A stretch of 53,170 nucleotides of DNA from a virus (IMGVR_UViG_3300020454_000018:1-53170), one strand, 5' to 3'; counted from the first letter of the stretch, positions 1-9,596 are shown. The notes: generated from the sequence alone by a model not told the origin. Made by a program: numbers and translations.

Positions 1-329
1 CACCACAAAAACGGAGCTCGGTACACATAATACTAATACTACCTATATACACATACAGAATAAGCAAGAATAAAAAGCGCTAAATAACCCTTAGTACACA
101 TAGCACACAACTCCCCCTATGGCTAGACAGGTTTCTTGTAACTAAGGAAAAGCGCTTATGCCACGCCGGGCTCGGGTGGATTTTCATGCGGAGCCGGGTT
201 TTTTCTCGTATAGAAAAAATAGGGTATCCTACCCAAAGGTAGGTGCTGAGTAGCCTCATCTATCATAATAGCTAAAATTCTTTGAGTAAGGGGTTATAAA
301 TTTTTTTAATCCAACTATTTATTTGTATT

Positions 330-494
330 ATGAAGCGATTATGGAGATTATGGGCTCAATCATTAGGTGAGAAGCAAGGGGAATCCGATTCCGAAGCCGA
401 TGCTATAGCAAGGTTTCGTACAATCCTTATTCTACAGGGTGTTATTACTAATGTGTTGATATCCATTAATATACTTATTAGTTGGTTAAAGTGA
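330..494 (+). CDS. small phage membrane protein (54 aa, MKRLWRLWAQSLGEKQGESDSEADAIARFRT...)
   Basis: Manually translated ORF below the track cutoff. The WRLWAxxLGEK...EADxIAxxRT pattern plus a hydrophobic C-terminus resembles a small protein common in marine T4-like phages. Confidence 0.7.
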   Translation: MKRLWRLWAQSLGEKQGESDSEADAIARFRTILILQGVITNVLISINILISWLK

Positions 495-624
495 AGGGTT
501 TATACTCTTTTGTTTTAGCTTCTTTCTTATCTGTACTATGTATATCCCTTATAGTAGTATTATCAGTTGTACCCAATGCGAATCGATTTCTTCTTTAAAC
601 TAAGTCTTATGGAGTAGTTAATAT

Positions 625-633
625 ATACTTATA
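625..633 (+). promoter_or_regulatory. putative late promoter variant ATACTTATA
   Basis: One-mismatch variant of the recurring ATATTTATA, 6 nt before ATG 640. Confidence 0.4.
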
Positions 634-639
634 CACACA

Positions 640-834
640 ATGGGTATAAAACTAAAACCAAGTACTAAAGAATATAAGAGGGATTCTAATGGAAGAATGA
701 CTAATAAGTGGATATGGAAGCATTACACTGTTAGTGGCGCTAAAACAGAAGAACTCTTAAAATTATATAAAACGACCCCTAAGAAGAAAAATGTAATTAA
801 AAGAGAGTTGGAACGAAGGGGAGTAGAGTTTTAG
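640..834 (+). CDS. hypothetical basic protein
   Basis: 64-aa ORF with ATG, downstream of a promoter-like motif. Confidence 0.65.
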   Translation: MGIKLKPSTKEYKRDSNGRMTNKWIWKHYTVSGAKTEELLKLYKTTPKKKNVIKRELERRGVEF

Positions 835-1510
835 TATTATCAATTCTTTCTAAAAATTCATTAGCTATATAACGATAACCTTCTTCATTGGGATGACCAT
901 CTCTTTTAGATATAGTTAAATCCTTATTCTTTAAATGGTTTGCCCAACCTACCTTACCACCTTTAGAAGATTTAGTCCACAAATCACTATATTGTATCTG
1001 AGGAGATGTACTTACATTATCATTCTCATCAGTATTAATATCATCAAACCCCAATTGAGATAAATTCCATAAGATAACATCCTTTGTTCTTTTAGATAAA
1101 TCATTACATAAATCGATTATTGCATTAATATAAGGGTCATCCTTTACTATAGTTGGCAAGTAGTATGTATTATACCACTCACGAACAATATCAATTTTTA
1201 TTTCTCTAAATCTGTTAGTGTCTCTTTCAACACCAACATCTCTATCTCTAAACCAAACCATATCAGAATCCGGCCCCAAATTCATTCTACCCTGTCCACT
1301 TAAATTTAAAATAACAATATCATCTTTTGTTATATCACCAAAATGTCTGATTAACTGATGTAGTATGTTTTCATTAGTACTTCCAACCTTAGCGCCCATT
1401 ACTATCTCACACTCCAATACTAACTTTAATTGATTAGACCAATGTGAGTTCCTAAATTGTGGTGTACCATATGGTTCAGAGAAAGAATCACCAAATACAA
1501 ATATTTTCAT
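797..1510 (-). CDS. SGNH/GDSL-like hydrolase or acyltransferase
   Basis: N-terminal VFGDSF, block II GSTN, C-terminal DGHP. Confidence 0.75.
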   Translation of the reverse strand: MKIFVFGDSFSEPYGTPQFRNSHWSNQLKLVLECEIVMGAKVGSTNENILHQLIRHFGDITKDDIVILNLSGQGRMNLGPDSDMVWFRDRDVGVERDTNRFREIKIDIVREWYNTYYLPTIVKDDPYINAIIDLCNDLSKRTKDVILWNLSQLGFDDINTDENDNVSTSPQIQYSDLWTKSSKGGKVGWANHLKNKDLTISKRDGHPNEEGYRYIANEFLERIDNTKTLLPFVPTLF

Positions 1511-2403
1511 ATTAAATCCTTTTCGTATTTAACCTTTAAGTTTTTAGCGTTTTCTAATATTGTTTTTTTGATATCATCCTTATCTAAGATATCGTATTCT
1601 AATAATTTACCGACCTCTCCATATTCATTCAATCTTTCAGCTACATACAATCCAATAGTTTGATTAGCATGCATTCCGAAATGACCATCCGCAAAGTGCC
1701 CAGCCGTTTCATCTGTTATTGTTTCACCAGCTGATTCAAAAATTCCTTTATAATCCTTATCGCCTAAAAACCTATGTATCCATTTTCTTAATTCAGGTCT
1801 AGCTATAAGCATTGTTTCATCGGCTACAATATACCAATTAAGATTAGCAGCATCACAATAACAAAAAAACATTTTTAACTTTCGTATCATAGTTTGAAGA
1901 TGAACATCTGCATCGATAGTTTCCATTATAAGAGTTTCAAACATAGGTAAATGTTTGTCAATCCACTCAGAACCTAAATGTATTTGATTATAATAATTAA
2001 ACCCCATACCAAAACCCTCTCTTGTGGGTGAATGATTGTTCCAATCCATTTTATAATTTAAAACTCCCCACTCACCTATCTCTTTAGAATAGAACTCATC
2101 TCTACCTAAAGCAGATAGTTCGAATAGAAATAGATTTTCTGAAGGTTTAAACTCATCTGATTCCACAACCTTATAAACTTCCCTAAAGATTCTATCATTA
2201 CCATGTCCACTTTTTGCGTGATTAATTACTTTGGGTGTTACTTTTTTTTGTAGAAAGGAAGGCCAACTGAATTCAAACATTGAATTATCAACCATTGGTC
2301 TGAGTTTATTATAAAGAATCTTTATTCTTTTATTAACCCAATAATGAAATCCACCACCTTCGGTGTAAGATGTACCAAATGTACGAATATATTTGTAACT
2401 CAT
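1507..2403 (-). CDS. SGNH-like hydrolase or acyltransferase
   Basis: FGTSYT, SGHGN and DGHF motifs; 4-nt coupling to the next gene. Confidence 0.7.
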   Translation of the reverse strand: MSYKYIRTFGTSYTEGGGFHYWVNKRIKILYNKLRPMVDNSMFEFSWPSFLQKKVTPKVINHAKSGHGNDRIFREVYKVVESDEFKPSENLFLFELSALGRDEFYSKEIGEWGVLNYKMDWNNHSPTREGFGMGFNYYNQIHLGSEWIDKHLPMFETLIMETIDADVHLQTMIRKLKMFFCYCDAANLNWYIVADETMLIARPELRKWIHRFLGDKDYKGIFESAGETITDETAGHFADGHFGMHANQTIGLYVAERLNEYGEVGKLLEYDILDKDDIKKTILENAKNLKVKYEKDLI

Positions 2404-2428
2404 ATTTATAGTTAGTTATAACATTTTT

Positions 2429-2442
2429 ATATTTATAAATAT
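2429..2442. promoter_or_regulatory. palindromic ATATTTATAAATAT, putative bidirectional late promoter
   Basis: Perfect 14-bp palindrome giving ATATTTATA on both strands, between divergent genes starting at 2403(-) and 2459(+). Confidence 0.6.
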
Positions 2443-2458
2443 CGAAAGGAAATAAATT

Positions 2459-2719
2459 ATGGCACACGAAATATTAAAGCTAGATGGTACAGTTGATTTT
2501 ACTTGGACTGATACAGAATATTCAGCTTCTCAACACTCAGGTTCAGCTGGTGGAATTGATGAAGTAGGTAGAACTACATTACCTAATGGTGATTTAGTTT
2601 GGATGTATGCATTTACATCTTCAGCAAGTAGCGCAAGTTTGATGTCTCAATTAGAAACTGAAAATAGTGGTACAGATGCACCACACATCAGAATAGCGAA
2701 CTGGTCTGGATTAAGTTAA
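2459..2719 (+). CDS. small Ser-rich protein, possibly virion-associated
   Basis: 86-aa ORF with five [ST]-[GAS]-S tripeptides and AAAGGA upstream. Confidence 0.65.
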   Translation: MAHEILKLDGTVDFTWTDTEYSASQHSGSAGGIDEVGRTTLPNGDLVWMYAFTSSASSASLMSQLETENSGTDAPHIRIANWSGLS

Positions 2720-2720
2720 A

Positions 2721-3470
2721 TTGCGAATACTCATATTGGGTACGGCTCGTTCTGGCACCACATCACTATTACTAGCTTTAGGGAAAGATAATATCAGGTG
2801 GAGAATAAACGAACCATTTTTAATTCGTGATGAGCAAGCTACTCATAGGATACAATCAAACAAAGTAAAGGTGAATGAAAGACCAATGGATTATCCGTTG
2901 GAAGAACTTTCCGCAACCGATACTTGTTGTGTCAAATCCATTGTAGGTCAAATACCCCTAATCTTTGAGTACAAAAGAATTTCAAAATTAGAACAACACA
3001 AAAACTTCATAAGTGACTTTTCAACATACTTTGATAAGATTATCCTATTAGATAGAAGAAATACAGAGGAACACTGGTTTAGTATGCTAAACCTACTTAG
3101 ACTAAACCATATAAATCCTAATAACTTTAATCCACACCTCAGCAAATATGGTGATAATTGGAATAACTTTACACCATTTAAAAAGTGGTACAAAGAAGAT
3201 ATACCTGAAGGATTTGATTTAGAAATGAGAAATGCAGGAGAATATGATTTATTTATTGAATCCAAAGAACTTTTAAAACAAACCTCTGAGTTATTAAACC
3301 TACCTATCTTTTATTATGAGGATTTATATTCTACTAATAAGAACACTCAAACAAAAAGCTTAGAAACACTATGTTTATATTTAGATAATATCATAGAGCT
3401 AAACACAATTAAAAAAAAACTATCCCCAACCAAACGATTACTTCAATCAGGTAGTAAACCTTTACTATAA
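2721..3470 (+). CDS. sulfotransferase-family protein
   Basis: N-terminal PAPS-binding loop ILGTARSGTTSL, NEPF, IILLDRRN and YYEDL; TTG start. Confidence 0.75.
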   Translation: MRILILGTARSGTTSLLLALGKDNIRWRINEPFLIRDEQATHRIQSNKVKVNERPMDYPLEELSATDTCCVKSIVGQIPLIFEYKRISKLEQHKNFISDFSTYFDKIILLDRRNTEEHWFSMLNLLRLNHINPNNFNPHLSKYGDNWNNFTPFKKWYKEDIPEGFDLEMRNAGEYDLFIESKELLKQTSELLNLPIFYYEDLYSTNKNTQTKSLETLCLYLDNIIELNTIKKKLSPTKRLLQSGSKPLL

Positions 3471-3486
3471 AAATAATAAAGAAATA

Positions 3487-3529
3487 CCTTGGAATTCTCA
3501 TTTTTTTTTCGTATATTTACTATGTAAAT
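3487..3529 (+). promoter_or_regulatory. Bacteroidetes-type early promoter with palindromic operator-like tail
   Basis: CCTTGG-N19-TATATTTA, overlapped by ATTTAC-TAT-GTAAAT; one of seven equally spaced copies. Confidence 0.75.
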
Positions 3530-3549
3530 AACTAATAACACTTAAAAGT

Positions 3550-3759
3550 ATGAAAGTAAAAATAAACGATAAAATAACTTGGAAAGATAAATATGGTAGA
3601 ATACTACCAGGAATAGTAACAAGTATTGGTAAATATGATGCTATGCCTGATCTTGATTTAAATGGATGTATTGGTATAAGTGCTCCTACATTCCTACCAA
3701 TCAGTAAAGATTGGAATAACGCAATAATTGACCCTTTCCAAATATTAACAATTGGGTAG
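3550..3759 (+). CDS. hypothetical early protein
   Basis: 69-aa ORF after the early promoter; its stop codon lies inside tRNA-Cys. Confidence 0.6.
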   Translation: MKVKINDKITWKDKYGRILPGIVTSIGKYDAMPDLDLNGCIGISAPTFLPISKDWNNAIIDPFQILTIG

Positions 3760-3824
3760 TTGACCGAGTGGTGAGGTGGTGGATTGCAAATCCATATACG
3801 GGAGTTCGAATCTCTCACTACCCT
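3754..3824 (+). tRNA. tRNA-Cys(GCA)
   Basis: Acceptor GGGTAGT/ACTACCC, anticodon arm GTGGA-TTGCAAA-TCCAT, T-loop GTTCGAATC, U discriminator; no encoded CCA. Confidence 0.95.
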
Positions 3825-3918
3825 CATATTTATTATTAAAGTTAATATTATATTGTACTTTTAGCTCTTAAATAGAGATATGGTATTTTATATTTAAGTT
3901 AATTATATTATAAAGATT

Positions 3919-4623
3919 ATGTATTCAAATGTTATTTGTATAGGAGATTCATATACAAACGAAGTTGAGCAGCTTTCTCAATTTGATTCTGAATTTAAAA
4001 AGGTTGGATATGAATTTAAATCATACCCACAACTATTAGGTGAGCATTATAAATGTAAGTGGGAAACCTTCGGAGAACCTGGTATGCCAATGGTTTTTAC
4101 ACTACAAACATTAATTGATAAAATTCCTTACATATTATCATTAGAAAATCCTTTGGTAATATATCAATTTGGATTTTTTTCAAATATGATTTTACATATA
4201 GAAGATAACAAATGGATAAATTGGAAATCACTACTATCAGAAAACTTCTTAAAACAACAATTCCAATCATATTCTAAGTATGGAGTCATATCAGGACATG
4301 GAAATGAGTTACCAAATATTGAAGATAAAACACTTTTATTAGATTATACACAAAAATTTGGGGAACAAACAAATTATTTTATTATACAATACTTTTGTAC
4401 CATAACAGATATTCTACATAAATTAGGAAAATCAAATATCTATGGTATGTTTTTAGCAACACCTCAGTTTAAATTACCAAAGCACGATAGATTATTACCA
4501 CATTTTGGGGATTGGTCTGAACCAACCATAAAAGATTTATTTCCTCAGATAGATGATACCCATAAAAGTACAGAAGCAAATCAAAAACTATGCGATTGGA
4601 TTGTTAATAAAATACAAAAATAA
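3919..4623 (+). CDS. SGNH-like hydrolase or acyltransferase
   Basis: CIGDSYT, SYPQLLG, GEPG and C-terminal DTH. Confidence 0.7.
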   Translation: MYSNVICIGDSYTNEVEQLSQFDSEFKKVGYEFKSYPQLLGEHYKCKWETFGEPGMPMVFTLQTLIDKIPYILSLENPLVIYQFGFFSNMILHIEDNKWINWKSLLSENFLKQQFQSYSKYGVISGHGNELPNIEDKTLLLDYTQKFGEQTNYFIIQYFCTITDILHKLGKSNIYGMFLATPQFKLPKHDRLLPHFGDWSEPTIKDLFPQIDDTHKSTEANQKLCDWIVNKIQK

Positions 4624-4633
4624 TTACAATTTT

Positions 4634-4676
4634 CCTTGGATATATCAATTTTTTTTCGTATATTTACTATGTAAAT
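4634..4676 (+). promoter_or_regulatory. Bacteroidetes-type early promoter with palindromic tail
   Basis: CCTTGG-N19-TATATTTACTATGTAAAT. Confidence 0.75.
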
Positions 4677-4692
4677 AAATAAAATAAAAATT

Positions 4693-4833
4693 ATGTGTAT
4701 ACCTGGTGCAATATTTGAATACGAACAAACCGAAGAACACGAAGGATTAGTGTATATCGGTGATATCTTAGACTATGGAGATGGTTGGGTAGATATGGAA
4801 ACTGCTGAAATGTTATTAGCAGAAAATGGATAG
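4693..4833 (+). CDS. small acidic early protein (46 aa, MCIPGAIFEYEQTEEH...)
   Basis: Manually translated; follows the promoter with an A-rich start context and overlaps the next gene start. Confidence 0.6.
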   Translation: MCIPGAIFEYEQTEEHEGLVYIGDILDYGDGWVDMETAEMLLAENG

Positions 4834-5014
4834 TTGGTATTATAGAGAAATGGGTTCTCGAAATAAAAAAACCCAAAAACTATCTTACTACAATGTAAGA
4901 GTAACCGATTACAAAATAGATGATTGTGAGTGTATGGCTAGGCAGTTTAGACCTCATTCACCTTGCAAACATATGAAACGATTAAAAGAAAAACTCTCTC
5001 ACCTTAGTATTTAA
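4826..5014 (+). CDS. SWIM zinc-finger protein
   Basis: CxC-x(n)-CxH signature: CECMARQFRPHSPCKH. Confidence 0.8.
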   Translation: MDSWYYREMGSRNKKTQKLSYYNVRVTDYKIDDCECMARQFRPHSPCKHMKRLKEKLSHLSI

Positions 5015-5818
5015 ATGAAAAACTTATTGGTTTTTTATGGGGAACTTAGATGTTTCGAAACCATTATACAACTATATGAAAAATATGGATGGTTAGATAA
5101 CTATGATGTTTTTGTATCGACTTGGGATAGTTCTAATGGTGAAGAACTAAACGCATCGGATATAATGCAAAAATATGAAAAAATCAATTTTCTTTTCAAA
5201 GTAACTAATCCATACTATGGTAACTTACAAAGACACGAAAATTGTATAATATATCATTGTAAAAGTGTATTCGATGAAATAGATGTAAATCAATATGATA
5301 ATGTAATACTACAAAGAACGGATGTTGAAGCTAGATTGGATATGGTTGATTTTGATTTAGTTACCGATAATGTTGTTTACAGATGGTTTGATAATGTGCA
5401 AGGTGAGACAACTAAAGATGGTCTTTATAATGAAGATGGTAGTTCTAAATTAAAAACTTGGATGAATGATTTACTTATAGTTGGTAAAGCAAAAATACTA
5501 AAAGAGTTTTTTCAATCTGAATCTAAAGGATTGCCAAATTACACAAAAGGTGTAAGTAATCAAAAAGATATAAAAAAGAGTGGAGTACAACTCAGACCTC
5601 CAAATGAATCTTTAGGAGATATCGAATGTTTAGACATAGCTCCTAACATTCTAAAGGATAGAATGAAAAACTTATATTATAAATGGGGGATGAATGCATT
5701 TCTTATATTACATAGAAGTCCCGAAATGTGGCATCAATTTGGTATGTCTGAACAATACCCTTATTATAATGAATACATATTAAACGAAAGAAAAAGATTA
5801 GATATAATAAAAAGATAA
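5015..5818 (+). CDS. putative glycosyltransferase-like protein
   Basis: YGELR, DVFVSTW, YDNVILQRTD and ND motifs typical of a phage GT-A-like family. Confidence 0.5.
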   Translation: MKNLLVFYGELRCFETIIQLYEKYGWLDNYDVFVSTWDSSNGEELNASDIMQKYEKINFLFKVTNPYYGNLQRHENCIIYHCKSVFDEIDVNQYDNVILQRTDVEARLDMVDFDLVTDNVVYRWFDNVQGETTKDGLYNEDGSSKLKTWMNDLLIVGKAKILKEFFQSESKGLPNYTKGVSNQKDIKKSGVQLRPPNESLGDIECLDIAPNILKDRMKNLYYKWGMNAFLILHRSPEMWHQFGMSEQYPYYNEYILNERKRLDIIKR

Positions 5819-6120
5819 TGAAACAACACTTACAAAGATACATAGGTTGGTACTTTTTAGCAGCATCACTTGGATTGATTATGGGAGGAGAATACTTTAC
5901 AGGATTCCTCATAGCATTAGTAACACTTTTAAAAGTACCACCATTTGATTGGGTAGGTAGAGCTATGGATTGGGCAGCTGGGATTGGAGTTAAGTGGGGA
6001 TTGAAAATGAGAAGTTGGAAAGAAAAACAAAATAAACCAATTAGGGTATTAGTAACAATAGTTGCTATTATTCTCATATTGTTAATATGGTGGTTTATGC
6101 CCGAATGTGAACTATGTTAA
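5818..6120 (+). CDS. membrane protein
   Basis: Two to three hydrophobic helices; coupled to the upstream stop. Confidence 0.7.
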   Translation: MKQHLQRYIGWYFLAASLGLIMGGEYFTGFLIALVTLLKVPPFDWVGRAMDWAAGIGVKWGLKMRSWKEKQNKPIRVLVTIVAIILILLIWWFMPECELC

Positions 6121-6218
6121 GAAAATCTTACATATGGTTAAGAGTGTTCTTTATTAGGATACCAAAAGAAATAAAGTACAAATTGCAAGAGATGTACGAT
6201 ATGGAAAACTTTAGATAA
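6114..6218 (+). CDS. small hypothetical protein (34 aa)
   Basis: Manually translated MLRKSYIWLRVFFIRIPKEIKYKLQEMYDMENFR; fills the gap exactly. Confidence 0.45.
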   Translation: MLRKSYIWLRVFFIRIPKEIKYKLQEMYDMENFR

Positions 6219-6219
6219 A

Positions 6220-6420
6220 ATGGATGGAAAAGAAACAACGGTAGCATATCTACCAAAGGGATGTCGAAAGGTTAGGGTAGAGGTATTTCCCTATCATGTC
6301 GATAGGATTGTTAATAGTAGAGCTAGAAAGCCCGTTATACCTTTAGATGCAGAAATATTAGCTATAGGAGTAGGACCAACCTTCTTAGAATCATATAAGA
6401 AGAAATATAAAGTTAAGTGA
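6220..6420 (+). CDS. hypothetical protein
   Basis: 66-aa ORF in operon context. Confidence 0.6.
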   Translation: MDGKETTVAYLPKGCRKVRVEVFPYHVDRIVNSRARKPVIPLDAEILAIGVGPTFLESYKKKYKVK

Positions 6421-6643
6421 GTTCAAGCTCGGTACGAATAGTATCTACCCCTAACTCAGCGTGATATATCTCATTCAATGTAAAACAATCGGTATCTATA
6501 AAAGTATGATTCCCCTCAGTATGAACCAACACACAGTCTTTCAACGATTGGATATAACCAACCTTATGAACAGTGAAATCATCAGTATAGATAATGTGGG
6601 TAGTATTGTTAACTCTATCCCATCGTTGTTGTAAGTTTAACAT
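6413..6643 (-). CDS. hypothetical protein
   Basis: 76-aa minus-strand ORF filling an otherwise empty gap. Confidence 0.55.
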   Translation of the reverse strand: MLNLQQRWDRVNNTTHIIYTDDFTVHKVGYIQSLKDCVLVHTEGNHTFIDTDCFTLNEIYHAELGVDTIRTELELT

Positions 6644-6661
6644 ATATTAATAATTATAAGT

Positions 6662-6763
6662 ATGGATGTAATAGTAGAGGGAGTAACGATATTAGTGGTG
6701 TTAGCATTCGCAGGTATTGTTATTATGGAAATGTTCCCTATAGATGATGATAAAAATAAATAG
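6662..6763 (+). CDS. small membrane peptide (33 aa)
   Basis: Manually translated MDVIVEGVTILVVLAFAGIVIMEMFPIDDDKNK. Confidence 0.4.
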   Translation: MDVIVEGVTILVVLAFAGIVIMEMFPIDDDKNK

Positions 6764-6813
6764 TGCTAGAACTATCAATATTAAAGAGATAAAAAAATTT
6801 TAAATTTTCGACT

Positions 6814-6978
6814 ATGAAAGAGATTGTGTATTTTAAGGCAAAAAGGGTAATCGATAGTTGTGATTCGGTTTCCCAAGTTATTCCTTGTAGGAGGTATATC
6901 GAACAATTCTATAAGGTGTTTGATGATGAAAGATTGTATAAAAGACTTTTGAACCGATGGAAAGAGAAATTTCGTTAG
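6814..6978 (+). CDS. small hypothetical protein (54 aa)
   Basis: Manually translated MKEIVYFKAKRVIDSCDSVSQV... Confidence 0.55.
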   Translation: MKEIVYFKAKRVIDSCDSVSQVIPCRRYIEQFYKVFDDERLYKRLLNRWKEKFR

Positions 6979-7045
6979 TTGTCAGTTGTCTGCTTGTCAG
7001 TTGTCAGTGTCTATTTTTGCTGTCAAGTAGTCAAGTAGTCAAGTA
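6977..7045. repeat. intergenic short tandem repeats (AGTTGTC-like x5, GTCAAGTA x3)
   Basis: Directly visible direct repeats in noncoding DNA. Confidence 0.85.
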
Positions 7046-7078
7046 TATATAGAGAGAAATTCTAAAAACATAAATTAA

Positions 7079-7828
7079 ATGAAAAGATTATTTACCTTTG
7101 GTTGTTCACACACTAAACATTTCTGGCCTACTTGGGCACATATTCTATCATTAGGATGTGATGAGTTCTATAATTTCGGTAAACCTGGCACTGGAAACTT
7201 TAGGATTCTTAACCAAATAATGAGAGCTAACCAACACTTTAAATTTACAAAGGATGATTATGTGGCTATCGCTCTTAGTTGTAACCATCGATATGATATC
7301 ATTGAAGATATAGCTGCTCCAGAACCATCTTGGATTTCATTGGGAAGTATGTTAGATGATAAGTACCACACTAAAGATTTTCAACACTACCTTAATGATT
7401 TAGGTGGAAACGAAAACACAATTACTATACTCAATTGTATTAAACAAATTTTAAACAATACCGATAATGTAAACTATAAAATCTTTTCCGCATTTGAAAT
7501 AAAAGATTCCGATGAGATTCAGTACCATTTAGATTCTAAAGTAACATTAGGTGGTATTAGTGAATCATATGGGAACAGAGGAACATACTACATAAAATCA
7601 TCTGAAAATGCTATCGGTATACCTGATGGACACTACACTATACCAATTCACTTACGATTAGTAAAGGATGTATTTAGTGATTGGTATGATGATAAATATG
7701 ATAAAATAGTGTGGAAGTGGGAAGAAACAATGCCTGATATGCATGGTAAAATAGAACAAGTATTTGGTTGGGTTAACGATTCTCAATATGAATTTATTGG
7801 AAACGAATTAATAAAGTTAAATAAATGA
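7079..7828 (+). CDS. SGNH-like hydrolase or acyltransferase
   Basis: FTFGCSHT, WPTWA, NFGKPGTGN and DGH. Confidence 0.7.
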   Translation: MKRLFTFGCSHTKHFWPTWAHILSLGCDEFYNFGKPGTGNFRILNQIMRANQHFKFTKDDYVAIALSCNHRYDIIEDIAAPEPSWISLGSMLDDKYHTKDFQHYLNDLGGNENTITILNCIKQILNNTDNVNYKIFSAFEIKDSDEIQYHLDSKVTLGGISESYGNRGTYYIKSSENAIGIPDGHYTIPIHLRLVKDVFSDWYDDKYDKIVWKWEETMPDMHGKIEQVFGWVNDSQYEFIGNELIKLNK

Positions 7829-8109
7829 TTTGGGAAGGTAAGGAAGTATTACACTTAGTTCTAATGAAAGACCCGTTTCAACGAATTATGGATGGTTCTA
7901 AAAAAATTGAATATAGAGATAGAACCGATTATTGGAATCGTAGATTGCACGGAAAGGATATTAAGTTGATTTATTTTCAATACGCTTATCACAAAAACCC
8001 AACACATATGGTTGTTGAATGTACAGATGTACAAATTACAGATAGATGGGAACTACACTTGGGTAATATAATACACTTAGATAATAAACATTTAGATGAA
8101 ATACTTTAA
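7825..8109 (+). CDS. ASCH-domain protein
   Basis: LHLVL...FQRIMDGSKKIEYR...YW signature. Confidence 0.8.
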   Translation: MIWEGKEVLHLVLMKDPFQRIMDGSKKIEYRDRTDYWNRRLHGKDIKLIYFQYAYHKNPTHMVVECTDVQITDRWELHLGNIIHLDNKHLDEIL

Positions 8110-8575
8110 AGTAAACTTAGCTCAAGTACCCACAAATGATTCTGATGTAAAGAAACACATATTGGTTAATAACGATGTGGAAGCAATAATTAATAAAGCT
8201 AAAGATGAATTGAATTATGATGGTATGTATGATATCAATGATGCTAAGATACGATTTGAAAACAATATGTGGTGTTATGTATATTATCAAAATGATGAAC
8301 CTATGGGTATCCATTGGTACTATGATATAAGACCTGATGTTTATGGTAAGCAATTATTTATAAGTAAACATAGAGATGGTAAACTATCTCAACAATGGTA
8401 CGAAAAAAATCTTAGTATGTTATATAACGAAGGTTATGAAAATTATGTATTCTATGTTGATGATTGGAACGAAAGAAGTTTAAACAAAGTTCAGAGATTA
8501 CCTGGAATACAATCAATATCTGTACATATGTTTAATGAAATGATTGGAGCCGCAAGAAAAAATATTCAATTATAA
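8096..8575 (+). CDS. GNAT-family acetyltransferase-like protein
   Basis: LFISKHRDG and the C-terminal motif YVDDWNERS; similar to 16636..17196. Confidence 0.6.
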   Translation: MKYFKVNLAQVPTNDSDVKKHILVNNDVEAIINKAKDELNYDGMYDINDAKIRFENNMWCYVYYQNDEPMGIHWYYDIRPDVYGKQLFISKHRDGKLSQQWYEKNLSMLYNEGYENYVFYVDDWNERSLNKVQRLPGIQSISVHMFNEMIGAARKNIQL

Positions 8576-8576
8576 T

Positions 8577-8607
8577 TTGGATAATTCAATAATTTTTTGT
8601 ATATTTG
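8577..8607 (+). promoter_or_regulatory. Bacteroidetes-type promoter
   Basis: TTGG-N19-TATATTTG, ending 4 nt before ATG 8612. Confidence 0.7.
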
Positions 8608-8611
8608 TAAT

Positions 8612-8980
8612 ATGAATGAATTAGTATATGACCCAAACAACCCTTTATCTGATGAAGAATTAGATAAAATAGCTGAAGAGGATTTCGATAAGTTCTTAGA
8701 ATATTTAGATTCCAAAACAGCATACCTAAAGCAATTCAGTAAACCATTGGATGCATATCATTTAAAACGATTTGCATCACAAGCTAAAATGGAATCTACT
8801 GGAGAATCACTAACTACTGAAGAAATAAAGAAACTTCAAAAGCAAGGTGAGAAGAATGATGCAGAATCATTTGATGAAGAAAAGCATAAAGAGTGGATTG
8901 ATAAAAAACACCATATGTTAAAGAGTGGTAGTATGGGAGTTAAGAACATAAAGACCCACAGGTCACAATGGTTTGATTAA
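8612..8980 (+). CDS. hypothetical protein
   Basis: The track ORF begins at TTG 8597 inside the promoter; ATG 8612 (MNELVYDP) is preferred. Confidence 0.7.
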   Translation: MNELVYDPNNPLSDEELDKIAEEDFDKFLEYLDSKTAYLKQFSKPLDAYHLKRFASQAKMESTGESLTTEEIKKLQKQGEKNDAESFDEEKHKEWIDKKHHMLKSGSMGVKNIKTHRSQWFD

Positions 8981-9216
8981 TGAAAGAGATTGATGTGCAT
9001 GGTATGTTACACTCTGATGCTATAATCTATGTAGAAGATGCGGTATTAGAAGAATCACTTAAAACAAATCTGTTTGAGCTAAAGGTAATTACTGGTAATT
9101 CACCACGATTACAAAGAAGAATAAAAAACGAAATTTGTAAAAAACATAATTTAAAATCAGATATACCTACTTATAACTTAGGTACAATGTTGATATATAA
9201 CGATAGATTAATATGA
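8980..9216 (+). CDS. stand-alone Smr-domain nuclease
   Basis: IDVHG (DxH) and VITGNS motifs in a 78-aa protein. Confidence 0.8.
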   Translation: MKEIDVHGMLHSDAIIYVEDAVLEESLKTNLFELKVITGNSPRLQRRIKNEICKKHNLKSDIPTYNLGTMLIYNDRLI

Positions 9217-9351
9217 AAAAATTAGTATTTTTAATAAAGGAGCAAAACGAAGCTCCGAAAGTTATAGAGTTTATAACGGATAGAACACCAGAATGGACAA
9301 TTGAACAATATGGTAGAAATAGATTACCATTAGAAATGGAGTTAATTAGAG

Positions 9352-9589
<238 letters not shown>

Positions 9590-9596
9590 CAATATT

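Noticed and set aside
3498-3827. 109-aa minus-strand ORF
   Set aside because: Antisense to tRNA-Cys, a promoter and a plus-strand gene; its N-terminus is translated tRNA sequence.
6977-7045. Possible CRISPR array
   Set aside because: Units are 6-8 nt with no unique spacers, and no cas genes are present.
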